From: Nocardioides sp.
Lineage (GTDB): Bacteria; Actinomycetota; Actinomycetes; Propionibacteriales; Nocardioidaceae
NCBI GenBank assembly: GCA_035707985.1
Contig: DASSTL010000015.1
Coordinates: forward strand, 26,798 to 90,797
DNA length: 64,000 nucleotides
Reading direction: 5' to 3'
A program made the translations under genes and the position numbers. This document shows positions 1 to 9,065 of the stretch, in pieces (the stretch's first letter is position 1; every line of letters begins with the position of its first letter). Under the pieces are notes generated by a model. It was not told where the DNA came from. It saw nothing but the letters and a program-made list of their open reading frames with translations, and searched no databases.

Positions 1-390
1 GCAGGGCACCGACTCGTTGATGTCGACGCTGTCGGGGTCGGCGATGTCGTGCTTGCCGGCGTACTCCTCCTGGAGGTGGTCCTCGCGGAAGCGCTTGTGG
101 CACGACTGGCACTCCACCAGCGGGTCGGTGAACGTCGCGAGGTGGCCGCTGGCCTCCCAGGTCTTGGTCGGCAGGATGATCGCCGAGTCGAGCCCGACCA
201 TGTCGTCGCGCATGGTGACCATCGACCGCCACCACTGCTTCTTGACGTTCTCCTTCAGCTCCACACCGAGGGGTCCGTAGTCCCAGGCGGAGCGCGTACC
301 GCCGTAGATCTCACCGGAGGGGAAGACGAATCCGCGGCGCTTGCAGAGGGAGACAACGGTGTCGAGGACGCTGGGGGGTGGCTTGGCCAC
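1..390 (-). CDS. glyQS: Glycine--tRNA ligase (homodimeric type), 5' part; runs off the window start
   Basis: Minus-strand translation from GTG at 390 gives [54 protein letters not shown]...WEASGH, the typical GlyRS N-terminus; GGAG RBS upstream. Confidence 0.95.
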   Translation of the reverse strand, partial: MAKPPPSVLDTVVSLCKRRGFVFPSGEIYGGTRSAWDYGPLGVELKENVKKQWWRSMVTMRDDMVGLDSAIILPTKTWEASGHLATFTDPLVECQSCHKRFREDHLQEEYAGKHDIADPDSVDINESVPC

Positions 391-447
391 GAAGAGACTC
401 CTGAGGGTCGGGCCGGCTGGCTGTCGGTCCTTGCTTGGGTAGGACGT

Positions 448-768
448 TCAGCCTAACGACCTGGACTCGCGACGGTTCAACTCGGCTCCCGGCTCGACCA
501 CCTCGAAGGCGCTCGGCTCGTCGAGGGCGCGGCTGAGCGTCGGCACGGCCGAGAGCTTCACGTCGTACGCCGAGAGTGCGCGGCGGTAGGCACCCGGACC
601 CTCCCACTCGGTCGTGAGCACCCACAGCTCGGGGTCGTCGACGTTGCGCCCGATGCTCCCCCGCACGAAGCCTCCCTGGACGGCGAGTGCCTGCCGCGCC
701 CGCTCGAGGTCGTCGCGGAACGCCTCCTGCTCGGTCTCCGGCACCCGGAACCGGTTCACCACGATCAC
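448..768 (-). CDS. Antibiotic biosynthesis monooxygenase (ABM) family protein
   Basis: 106 aa, MIVVNRFRVP...GRNVDDPELWVLTTEW...AYRRALS; ABM-fold protein commonly found beside glyQS in actinobacteria. Confidence 0.8.
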   Translation of the reverse strand: MIVVNRFRVPETEQEAFRDDLERARQALAVQGGFVRGSIGRNVDDPELWVLTTEWEGPGAYRRALSAYDVKLSAVPTLSRALDEPSAFEVVEPGAELNRRESRSLG

Positions 769-793
769 GGTGGCGAGGGTAGTGCCTGACCGC

Positions 794-2176
794 TCAGCTG
801 CCCGTGTAGTACGAGTCCGCGGTCTCGAGCGCCTCGTCGAGCATAGCGAGGCCCTCGCGGAGGTCCTCCTCGGTGATCGTGCAGGGTGGTACGACGTGGG
901 TGCGGTTGAAGTGCGTCATCGGCCACAACCCGCGCTGCTTGCAGGCGGCGGCGAAGGCGTTCATCGGTGCCGCGGCGTCACCGGCGGCGTTGTAGGGCAC
1001 CAGCGGCTCACGGGTCTCGCGGTCCTTGACCAGCTCGACGGCCCAGAAGACACCGAGGCCGCGGACCTCGCCGACCGACGGGTGGCGGTCGGCGATCTTC
1101 GCGAGCTCGGGGCCGATCACGTCGGTGCCGAGTGCCCGGGCGTGCTCGATGATCCCCTCCTCCTTGAAGATCTCGATCGAGGCGACCGCGCTGGCGCAGG
1201 CCAGCGGGTGGCCGGAGTAGGTGAGGCCGCCCGGGTAGACGCGCTGCTGGAACGTCTCAGCGACCGGATCGCTGATGACGACGCCGCCGAGCGGCACGTA
1301 GCCCGAGTTCACGCCCTTGGCGAACGAGATGAGGTCGGGGCGCACGTCCCAGTGCTGGACGGCGAACCACTCACCGCACCGACCGAACCCGGCCATCACC
1401 TCGTCGGCGATCAGCAGGATGCCGTGCTCGTCGCAGATGTCCCGGACACCCGCGAGATAACCGGGCGGCGGCACCAGGATGCCGTTGGTGCCGACCACCG
1501 GCTCCAGGATGATCGCGGCGATCGTGCCCGCGCCCTCCACCATGATCGTGTCGCGCAGGTGCTGCAGCGCGCGGGCGGTCTCCTCCTCCGGGGAGGTGGA
1601 GTGGAACGCCGAGCGGTAGGGGTAGGGACCCCAGAAGTGCACGATGCCCGGGATGGTGTGGGGCTCCGTTCCCCAGCGCCGCGGGTCGCCGGTCAGCCCG
1701 ATCACGCCGTGCGTGGCGCCGTGGTAGCTGCGGTACATCGCGAGGATCTTCGGGCGCCCGGTGTGCAGGCGCGCGAGCCGGATGGCGTTCTCGTTGGCCT
1801 CGGCACCGGCGTTGGTGAAGAACACCTGGTTGAGGTCGTGGCCGGCGACCTCGGTGATCAGCCGCGCCGCCTCCGAGCGGGCGTCGTTGGCGAACGACGG
1901 CTGGATCGTGGTCATCTGCTGGGCGTAGTCGGCGATCGCCTTGACCAGCTTGGGGTGCTGGTAGCCGATGTTGACGTTGACCAGCTGGCTGGAGAAGTCG
2001 AGGTAGGACTTCCCCTCGTAGTCGGTGAACCGCGACCCCGAGGCCGAGGCGATCGGCAGCGGGTCGATCAGCGCCTGCGCCGACCACGAGTGGAAGACAT
2101 GGGCCCGGTCGAGCTTGCGGACCGACGCCTCGTCGGTCGGGATGCCCGCGAGCGGGCCGTCGTACGTCGGGGTCAT
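794..2176 (-). CDS. Class III PLP aminotransferase (omega-amino acid/beta-alanine:pyruvate type)
   Basis: YLDFSSQLVNVNIG, SYHGAT, LIADEVMAGFGRCG, FAKGVNSG motifs. Confidence 0.9.
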   Translation of the reverse strand: MTPTYDGPLAGIPTDEASVRKLDRAHVFHSWSAQALIDPLPIASASGSRFTDYEGKSYLDFSSQLVNVNIGYQHPKLVKAIADYAQQMTTIQPSFANDARSEAARLITEVAGHDLNQVFFTNAGAEANENAIRLARLHTGRPKILAMYRSYHGATHGVIGLTGDPRRWGTEPHTIPGIVHFWGPYPYRSAFHSTSPEEETARALQHLRDTIMVEGAGTIAAIILEPVVGTNGILVPPPGYLAGVRDICDEHGILLIADEVMAGFGRCGEWFAVQHWDVRPDLISFAKGVNSGYVPLGGVVISDPVAETFQQRVYPGGLTYSGHPLACASAVASIEIFKEEGIIEHARALGTDVIGPELAKIADRHPSVGEVRGLGVFWAVELVKDRETREPLVPYNAAGDAAAPMNAFAAACKQRGLWPMTHFNRTHVVPPCTITEEDLREGLAMLDEALETADSYYTGS

Positions 2177-2185
2177 GGGTGCTCC

Positions 2186-3676
2186 TCAGCGATGGGTCGG
2201 GAACCCGAGGTCGATCTTCGACGTCGCCGGGTCGGGCCAGCGGGACGTCACGACCTTGCCACGCGTGTAGAAGGCGATGCCCTCGGGGCCGTACATGTGC
2301 GTGTCGCCGAACAGCGAGGCCTTCCAGCCGCCGAACGAGTAGTACGACACCGGCACCGGGATCGGCACGTTGACGCCGACCATGCCGACCTCGACGTCGA
2401 ACTGGAACCGTCGGGCCGCGCCGCCGTCGCGGGTGAAGATGGCCGTGCCGTTGGCGAACTGGTTGCTGTTGATCAGCTCGATCGCCTCGCCGTACGAGCC
2501 CTGGCGGACCACGCAGAGCACCGGCCCGAAGATCTCGTCTGTGTAGACCGTCATGTCGGGGCTGACCCGGTCGAGCAGCGTCGTCCCGAGGAAAAAGCCG
2601 TCACTCGGTACGTCGGCCTGACGCCCGTCCACGACCACGGTCGCGCCGGCCTCTGCGCCCTGGCGGATGTAGTCGGCGACCTTGTCGCGGTGCTCGCGCG
2701 TGATCAGCGGACCCATCTCGGAGTCGGGGTCGGTGCCGTCGCCGATCCGGAGCTTCGGCAGGCGCGCGGCGATCGCGTCGACCAGCGGGTCGGCCACGTC
2801 ACCGACGGCCACCGCCACGGAGATCGCCATGCAGCGCTCGCCCGCCGCGCCGTACGCCGCCGACACGGCCGCGTCGGCCGCCATGTCGATGTCGGCGTCG
2901 GGCAGGACCAGCATGTGGTTCTTCGCGCCCCCGAGCGCCTGCACCCGCTTGCCGTTGCGGGTGCCGGTCTCGTAGATGTAGCGCGCGATCGGGGTCGAGC
3001 CGACGAAGCTCACCGCCGCGATGCCCCTGTGGGCGAGGATCGCGTCGACCGCCTCCTTGTCGCCCTGGACGACGCTGAACACGCCGTCGGGCAGGCCGGC
3101 CTTCTTCCAGAGGTCGGCGATGAAGAGCGAGGCCGAGGGGTCCTTCTCGCTCGGCTTGAGGATGAACGAGTTGCCGGTCGCGATCGCGTTGGCGCACATC
3201 CACAGCGGCACCATCGCCGGGAAGTTGAACGGCGTGATGCCCGCGACGACGCCGAGCGGCTGCCGGATCGAGTAGACGTCGACCCCGGTGCCCGCCTGCT
3301 CGGAGTAGCCGCCCTTCATGTGCTCGGCCACACCGCACGCGTACTCGACGTTCTCGAGGCCGCGCTGGATCTCGCCCTTGGCGTCGGAGAGCACTTTGCC
3401 GTGCTCGGCGGTGATGATCGCCGCCAGCTCGTCGATCCCCGCCGCGAGCAGCTCGCGGAACCTGAAGAGCACGCCGGTGCGCGTGGCGAGGGACGCCGAG
3501 CGCCACACCGCTGCCGCCTCGGTGGCGCTCGCGACCACCGCGTCGAGCTCCGCGGCACTGGCAAAGTCGACCTCGCCGGTCTGCTGGCCGGTCGCGGGGT
3601 TGAAGACGGGGCCCGAGCGGCCGGAGCCGCCTGGAGTCGGAGCGCCGTTGGTCCAGTGGGTGATGCGGGTGGTCAT
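2186..3676 (-). CDS. mmsA: CoA-acylating (methyl)malonate-semialdehyde dehydrogenase
   Basis: ITPFNFPAMVPLW, KPSEKDP, GGAKNH, GERCMA, EIFGPV, GVNVPIPVP motifs. Confidence 0.92.
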   Translation of the reverse strand: MTTRITHWTNGAPTPGGSGRSGPVFNPATGQQTGEVDFASAAELDAVVASATEAAAVWRSASLATRTGVLFRFRELLAAGIDELAAIITAEHGKVLSDAKGEIQRGLENVEYACGVAEHMKGGYSEQAGTGVDVYSIRQPLGVVAGITPFNFPAMVPLWMCANAIATGNSFILKPSEKDPSASLFIADLWKKAGLPDGVFSVVQGDKEAVDAILAHRGIAAVSFVGSTPIARYIYETGTRNGKRVQALGGAKNHMLVLPDADIDMAADAAVSAAYGAAGERCMAISVAVAVGDVADPLVDAIAARLPKLRIGDGTDPDSEMGPLITREHRDKVADYIRQGAEAGATVVVDGRQADVPSDGFFLGTTLLDRVSPDMTVYTDEIFGPVLCVVRQGSYGEAIELINSNQFANGTAIFTRDGGAARRFQFDVEVGMVGVNVPIPVPVSYYSFGGWKASLFGDTHMYGPEGIAFYTRGKVVTSRWPDPATSKIDLGFPTHR

Positions 3677-3707
3677 GGGCTGAAATTATCGACCTACCCC
3701 TACCTGG

Positions 3708-3725
3708 AGCAATCCCTCGATTGCT
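3708..3725. promoter_or_regulatory. Candidate MocR/GabR operator (inverted repeat) between divergent mmsA and the regulator gene
   Basis: Perfect 7-4-7 IR AGCAATC-cctc-GATTGCT; tandem CCTACC direct repeat at about 3693-3704. Confidence 0.45.
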
Positions 3726-3737
3726 ATGTTACAAAAC

Positions 3738-5075
3738 ATGTGGCAGGAGCTGGTCGAGACGGTGGAGGAGCGCTCGGCGAAGGGCATCGCGCTCGCGCTG
3801 TCCGCCGGCATCGACCGCGGAACGCTCCGACCCGGCGAACGACTCCCCCCGATCCGCCGGGTGGCTCGCGACCTCCAGGTCGCTCCTGCCACGATCAGCG
3901 CGGCCTGGTCCCAGCTCGCCCGGGCGGGTCTGATCGAGACCGACGGTCGCCGTGGCACCCGTGTGCGCGAGGCCTCGGTGGGGCCACGGCGCTACCGGCG
4001 GGCGCTCGACTCACGCGCCGGCTACCGGGTGGACCTGTCGACGGGTCTCCCCGACCCGCGCCTGCTGCCAGACCTCCATGCCGCGATGCAGCGCGTGCCC
4101 CGCGACGACACCCCGCACTCCTACCTCGAGGAGCCCGTCGTGCCGGCACTGCGCGCCGTGCTCGAGGAGTCGTGGCCGCACAGGGTGCAGGCCCTGACCG
4201 TCGTGGACGGCGCGATGGACGCGCACAGCCAGTTCGTCGCCGCGCACCTGCGGTTCGGCGACCGGGTCGCGGTCGAGCAGCCGTGCTTCCCCCCGCTGCT
4301 CGACCTGCTCGAGATGGCCGGCGTGGTCCCGCTGGGGGTCGGGTACGACGCCGAGGGTCCGGTGGTGCCGGACGTGGTGGCGGCCGCGGACCTCGGCGCC
4401 AAGGTGCTGTTCTTCCAGCCGTGGGGCCAGAACCCGTCCGGTCAGTCGCTCTCGAAGAGCCGGGCGGAGGCGCTGGCGGCCGCACTCCGGGACCGCGACA
4501 TCGTCGTCGTGGAGGACGACTCGGCGGGCGGTACGCCGTCCGGCCCGCCGGTCTCGCTCGGGGCGCTGCTGCCGGACCGCACCGTGCTCGTGCGGAGCTT
4601 CTCCAAGACCCACGGCCCCGACCTGCGGCTGGCCGCCGTCGGCGGCCCCGCCTCGGTGGTCGGGCCGATCGTCGAGCGGCGCTTCCTGGGGCAGGGGTGG
4701 AGCAGCCGGCTGGTCCAGTCGATCCTGCTGGAGCTGCTCACCGACGAGTCGTCGCGGACGCTGGTCGCGGACGCCCGGGCGACGTACGCCGCTCGCACGG
4801 CCGCGATGGTCGACGCCCTCGCGGCGCGCGGCGTCCAGGTGCCCGGTCGCGACGGCATCAACGTCTGGGTGCCCGTGGCCGAGCAGGGCGCCGCACTCCT
4901 GCACCTGGCGGCCGCCGGCGTCCGCGCCGCCAGCGGCGACCCGTTCTGGATCTCCCCTCCGGAGACCGACCACATCCGGATCACCACGTCCGCGATCGAC
5001 GACGCGCACCACAACGGTCTCGCCGACGTCATCGCCGAGGCCGCGCGCGCCGGCACCTGGTCCGGCCACCGCTGA
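3738..5075 (+). CDS. MocR/GabR-family regulator (GntR wHTH plus PLP aminotransferase-like domain)
   Basis: GERLPPIRRVARDLQVAPATISAAW HTH; SFSKTHGPDLRLA PLP-lysine motif; start at 3726 or 3738. Confidence 0.9.
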   Translation: MWQELVETVEERSAKGIALALSAGIDRGTLRPGERLPPIRRVARDLQVAPATISAAWSQLARAGLIETDGRRGTRVREASVGPRRYRRALDSRAGYRVDLSTGLPDPRLLPDLHAAMQRVPRDDTPHSYLEEPVVPALRAVLEESWPHRVQALTVVDGAMDAHSQFVAAHLRFGDRVAVEQPCFPPLLDLLEMAGVVPLGVGYDAEGPVVPDVVAAADLGAKVLFFQPWGQNPSGQSLSKSRAEALAAALRDRDIVVVEDDSAGGTPSGPPVSLGALLPDRTVLVRSFSKTHGPDLRLAAVGGPASVVGPIVERRFLGQGWSSRLVQSILLELLTDESSRTLVADARATYAARTAAMVDALAARGVQVPGRDGINVWVPVAEQGAALLHLAAAGVRAASGDPFWISPPETDHIRITTSAIDDAHHNGLADVIAEAARAGTWSGHR

Positions 5076-5139
5076 ATCGCCGAGTCGTCATATGACGACT
5101 CGGCGTGATTTCGATGTCCCTTTGCGCCGACTCAGCGCG
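5076..5139 (-). repeat. 64-bp palindromic REP/MITE-like repeat, copy 1
   Basis: Contains the perfect 28-bp palindrome CGCCGAGTCGTCATATGACGACTCGGCG (5078-5105); its reverse complement aligns without gaps to 13305-13368 and 62975-63038. Confidence 0.9.
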
Positions 5140-5390
5140 CGGCGGCGAGGGCGAGGCCCCAAGCGGCCGCGTGACGGTGGCCGAGGGAGCCGGCGACGTC
5201 GGCCCGGCCGACGACCGTGCCTGGAGGCAGCAGCCCGGAGACCGCCGCCAAGGCGCCACCTCGACCGCTATCCGGGTGGCCGCCACGAGGCGCTCGACCG
5301 GCACCTGGTCGACCACGGGCACGCGGGTCTCGAGCCGGTTGCCGACGGCACCGCCTCGTCGTCGGCCAGGGCGACCGCCACGACGTCGGC
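5132..5390 (-). pseudogene. Relic of diol/glycerol dehydratase reactivase large subunit (PduG/DdrA-like); frameshifted and internally deleted
   Basis: ADVVAVALADDEAV-[1-nt deletion at 5347-5348]-VGNRLETRVPVVDQVPVERLVAATRIAVEVAP joined near 5251 to LAAVSGLLPPGTVVGRADVAGSLGHRHAAAWGLAL..stop; resembles the internal DDGVLVNNRL..PIVDEV..AVEVA and C-terminal AGRGNIRG..GPRNAVATGL segments of PduG. Confidence 0.7.
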
Positions 5391-5531
5391 AGCGGTTCTC
5401 CCACCGACGGGATCCGGGCGCGTCCAAGCGATAGGTCGTGGATCACCCGCTTGAGCGTGGCACCGGCGAACGACGCGGCACAAGAGTCTCGGTCCAAATT
5501 GTTTGGTTCAGGTTTGTTCGGCCTCACACCA

Positions 5532-5581
5532 TTGACACCACTATTCCAAAAGGTATGCACTCCTGGTTGAACCATTTGGTT
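5532..5581 (+). promoter_or_regulatory. Putative promoter/operator region of the BMC operon
   Basis: TTGACA at 5532-5537 in an AT-rich island; overlapping palindromes TGGTTGAACCA (5564-5574) and AACCATTTGGTT (5570-5581); GGAGGAGG RBS before GTG 5604; -10 box weak. Confidence 0.45.
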
Positions 5582-5603
5582 GGGTCGACGGAGGAGGAGC
5601 GCG

Positions 5604-6881
5604 GTGACCGACTACGGTGCGTTCTCCTTCGCCGACAAGCAGGAGGTGCTCGACAAGGCCAGGGAGTTCTGGAACCCGGGCAAGACCCAGTTCTGGATCG
5701 ACTCGGGCACTCCCCTGGTCATCGACCGCCGTGAGGGCTACCTGCTCTGGGACATGTCGGGTCGCCGACTGATCGACGCGCACCTCAACGGCGGCACCTA
5801 CAACGTCGGGCACCGCAACCCCGAGGTCGTCGCGGCCGTCGCGCAGGCGATGCATCGCTTCGACATCGGCAACCACCACTTCCCGTCGCTGGCGCGAACC
5901 GCTCTCGCGGAGGCGCTGGTCGCGTCGGCGCCTCCAGGGCTCACCAAGGTGATCTACGCCAGCGGCGGGGGCGAGGCCATCGACATCGCGATCAAGACCG
6001 CCCGGCACGCCACCGGCAAGCGGAAGATCGTGTCGATCGTGAAGGCCTACCACGGCCACACCGGTCTCGCCGTCACCGCGGGCGACGACCGCTTCGCCAA
6101 GCTCTTCCTGGCCGACCGTCCCGACGAGGTCGCCCAGGTGCCGTTCAACGAACTCGCTGCCATGGAGGACGCGCTCCGCGGGCGCGACGTGGCCGCGGTG
6201 CTCATGGAGTCGATCCCGGCCACGTACGGCTTCCCCCTCCCCGACCCGGGCTACCTCGAGACGGTCAAGCAGCTGTGCGAGCGGTATGACGCGCTCTACA
6301 TCGCCGACGAGGTGCAGACCGGGCTGATGCGGACCGGAGAGCTGTGGTGCATCTCCAAGCACGACATCGCGCCCGACATCCTGGTCACCGGCAAGGGCCT
6401 GTCGGGCGGCATGTACCCGATCGCCGCGGTGCTCGTGAGCGAGCGCTGCGCGGGCTGGCTGACCGAGGACGGCTTCGCGCACATGTCGACGTTCGGCGGT
6501 GCCGAGGTCGGCTGCATCGCCGCGATGAAGACGCTCGAGATCTGCAGCCGCCCCGAGACCCGCTCGATGGTGCACTACCTCGCCGACCTGCTGCGCGAGG
6601 GCCTGGAGCAGATCCGCGACGACAACCCCGACTGGTTCGTCGGGATCCGGCAGGACGGCCTCGTGATCGGGCTCGAGTTCGACCACCCGCGGGGCGCGAT
6701 GCTGGTCAGCCGGCATCTGTACGACCACGGCGTCTGGGCGATCTTCTCGACGCTGGACCCGCGCGTGCTGCAGTTCAAGCCCGGGCTCCTGCTCACCCCC
6801 GACCTCGCCGAGGAGCTCCTCGACCGGGTCGCCGTCGGGATCGCGAGCGCGCGCGCCGACTCGGAAGGCCGCGCCGCATGA
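5604..6881 (+). CDS. Class III PLP enzyme of the RMM/AAU microcompartment (probable aminopropanol-phosphate phospho-lyase)
   Basis: DAHLNGGTYNVGH, AYHGHTG, YIADEVQTGLMRTG, TGKGLSGG; first gene of the BMC operon. Confidence 0.85.
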   Translation: MTDYGAFSFADKQEVLDKAREFWNPGKTQFWIDSGTPLVIDRREGYLLWDMSGRRLIDAHLNGGTYNVGHRNPEVVAAVAQAMHRFDIGNHHFPSLARTALAEALVASAPPGLTKVIYASGGGEAIDIAIKTARHATGKRKIVSIVKAYHGHTGLAVTAGDDRFAKLFLADRPDEVAQVPFNELAAMEDALRGRDVAAVLMESIPATYGFPLPDPGYLETVKQLCERYDALYIADEVQTGLMRTGELWCISKHDIAPDILVTGKGLSGGMYPIAAVLVSERCAGWLTEDGFAHMSTFGGAEVGCIAAMKTLEICSRPETRSMVHYLADLLREGLEQIRDDNPDWFVGIRQDGLVIGLEFDHPRGAMLVSRHLYDHGVWAIFSTLDPRVLQFKPGLLLTPDLAEELLDRVAVGIASARADSEGRAA

Positions 6882-8461
6882 GCGAGACGACCGCCCTCAG
6901 CTCGTTCTCCCTCGAGCCCGAGCCGGCCGACGTACCCCAGGCGCGGGCGATGCTCGAGCGGGCGGAGTGGGCGGCCCGTGCCTTCCGCACCCTCGACAAG
7001 CCAGCCGTCGACCGGATCCTCGAGGCCGTCGTCCGGGCGGCGATGCAACACGCACAGGAGTACGCCGAGCGCGCGGTCGCCGAGACCGGGTTCGGCGTCG
7101 TGGAGCACAAGCGGCGGAAGAACGAGGCCTGCTCCCGCGGGGTGCTCGACTTCTACGCCGGCGCGGACTTCGTGACGCCGCGCATCGACGCGGACGCCAA
7201 GATCGTCGAGGTGCCGCGGCCGGCCGGCGTGGTGCTCGCGCTGACCCCGTCCACCAACCCGGTCGCGACGGTCTACTTCAAGGTGCTGCTCAGCCTGATG
7301 ACCCGCAACGCGGTGGTGGTGAGCCCTCACCCGCTGGCCAAGCGGGTCTGCGCCGACGCCGCGCGCGTGCTGAGTGCGGCCGCCGAGGCGGCCGGGGCGC
7401 CGGCGGGCGTCGTGCAGGTCGTGACCGAGCCGACCATCCCCTTGATCGACGCGCTGATGACCGACCCGCGCACCAGCGTCATCGTCGCGACCGGTGGCAA
7501 CGCGGTCGTCCGCGCGGCGTACCGCTCGGGCAACCCCGCCCTCGGCGTGGGCCCCGGCAACGTCCCGGTGCTCGTCGACGCCACCGCCGACCTGAACGCC
7601 GCGGCCCGTCGCATCGTCGACTCCAAGTCCTTCGACAACTCGTGCCTGTGCACCAACGAGTCGGTGGTGGTCGTGGAGGACCGCGTCGCCGACGCCTTCG
7701 CCCGCGCCCTGCGGTCGGCCGGCGCGTTCCTGCTCGACGCCGAGCAGGCGGCCCGCGTGCGCGACCTGGTCTTCCCGAACGACCGCTTCGACCCGGCCGT
7801 CGTCGGCCGCTCAGCCACCTGGCTCGCGGAGCAGGCGAGCGTGCAGGTGCCGCACAACACCAAGGTGCTGGTCGCGGAGTTCGAGCAGGTCGTGCCGGAG
7901 GAGCCGATGGCGCGCGAGAAGCTCACGCCGCTCCTCGGCCTGGTGCGCGTGCCCAGTGCGGCGGCCGGCATCAAGGCGGCGCGGGCCGTGCTGCGCATCT
8001 CCGGAGCCGGGCACTCCGCCGCGGTGCACTCCACCGACCCGGCGACGATCCTCGAGTTCGGTGCGGCCTGCAACGTCCTGCGCGTGGCCGTGAACGCCGG
8101 CAACAGCCTCGGAAGCGCCGGCCTCGAGACCCATCTCGCCCCCACGATGACCATCGGGACGGGGTACGCCGGTCGCTCGTCGGTCGGCGAGAACCTCCGG
8201 CCCGACCACCTGGTCAACTGGGTGCGGCTCGCCCACAACGCCGACGCATCGGTGCCGATGGGCGACTTCTCCGGGCTCTCGCCGTGGCGCGCCTCGACCG
8301 GCCCGGTGCCGGCGTACCCGACGCCCTCCAACGCGCGCGAAGCCGCGCCGGCCGTGGTCTCGACAGGCTCGACCGACGCGGACGGGGACCTCCGCGAGGA
8401 GCTGCGCCGGATCATCGTCGAGGAGCTCCACGACCTGATCGGCGGTGGCGCCCATGGCTGA
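6878..8461 (+). CDS. CoA-acylating aldehyde dehydrogenase, BMC-encapsulated
   Basis: ATGA overlap with the previous gene; LTPSTNP, ATGG, GVGPGNVP, KSFDNSCLCTNES; C-terminal amphipathic encapsulation peptide LREELRRIIVEELHDLI. Confidence 0.92.
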   Translation: MSETTALSSFSLEPEPADVPQARAMLERAEWAARAFRTLDKPAVDRILEAVVRAAMQHAQEYAERAVAETGFGVVEHKRRKNEACSRGVLDFYAGADFVTPRIDADAKIVEVPRPAGVVLALTPSTNPVATVYFKVLLSLMTRNAVVVSPHPLAKRVCADAARVLSAAAEAAGAPAGVVQVVTEPTIPLIDALMTDPRTSVIVATGGNAVVRAAYRSGNPALGVGPGNVPVLVDATADLNAAARRIVDSKSFDNSCLCTNESVVVVEDRVADAFARALRSAGAFLLDAEQAARVRDLVFPNDRFDPAVVGRSATWLAEQASVQVPHNTKVLVAEFEQVVPEEPMAREKLTPLLGLVRVPSAAAGIKAARAVLRISGAGHSAAVHSTDPATILEFGAACNVLRVAVNAGNSLGSAGLETHLAPTMTIGTGYAGRSSVGENLRPDHLVNWVRLAHNADASVPMGDFSGLSPWRASTGPVPAYPTPSNAREAAPAVVSTGSTDADGDLREELRRIIVEELHDLIGGGAHG

Positions 8462-9065
8462 CGCGACCACCCTGCTGCGCAGCTTCATCCACCTGGACCG
8501 GCTGCAGCCGCAGACCCTGTGCTACCTCGGCTCGTGGATCCGCGGCACCCTCCCGCGTGCCGGCGACGCGGCCCAGGTCATCGAGGTCTCGCCCGGGCTC
8601 GACATCGAGCCGCTCACGGACGTCGCCCTCAAGCACGCCCCGGTCTCGTCGGGGATGCTGATCGTCGAGCGCCAGTTCGGCTACCTCGAGTTCCACGGCC
8701 CGAGCGACGCCGTGCGCGCCGCCGCCGGCGCCGTGCTCGAGCACCTCGACACGGACGCCTCCGCGGCGACCCGGCCGCAGGTGCTGGCCAGCACGATCAT
8801 GAGCCGGATCGACAGCCAGCACGCGTTCCTGGTCAACCGGAACAAGCTCGGCTCGATGGCGCTACCCGGCGAGTCGGTGTTCGTGCTCGAGATGCAGCCC
8901 GCGTCGTACGCGATCCTGGCGACCAACGAGGCCGAGAAGACGGTCGGCCCGTCGATCAAGGTCATCGACTACCGGATGGTCGGCGCGACCGGACGGGTCT
9001 ACCTGAGCGGCCAGGAGAGCGACGTCCGCCAGGCCGCCGAAGCTGCCGAGGCGGTGCTCCGATGA
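8454..9065 (+). CDS. BMC-T tandem-domain shell protein
   Basis: IEVSPGLDIEPLTDVALK, VERQFGYLEFH, ATNEAEK, MVGATGRVYLSG; permuted double-stacking BMC-T pattern. Confidence 0.92.
   Translation: MADATTLLRSFIHLDRLQPQTLCYLGSWIRGTLPRAGDAAQVIEVSPGLDIEPLTDVALKHAPVSSGMLIVERQFGYLEFHGPSDAVRAAAGAVLEHLDTDASAATRPQVLASTIMSRIDSQHAFLVNRNKLGSMALPGESVFVLEMQPASYAILATNEAEKTVGPSIKVIDYRMVGATGRVYLSGQESDVRQAAEAAEAVLR

Noticed and set aside
614-5095. 1493-aa plus-strand ORF
   Set aside because: Antisense/alternate-frame shadow of the aminotransferase, mmsA and MocR genes; typical high-GC artefact with no domain motifs
6344-6877. N-terminal extension of the ALDH in the ORF track (705 aa)
   Set aside because: Overlaps the upstream aminotransferase; the real start is the ATGA-coupled ATG at 6878
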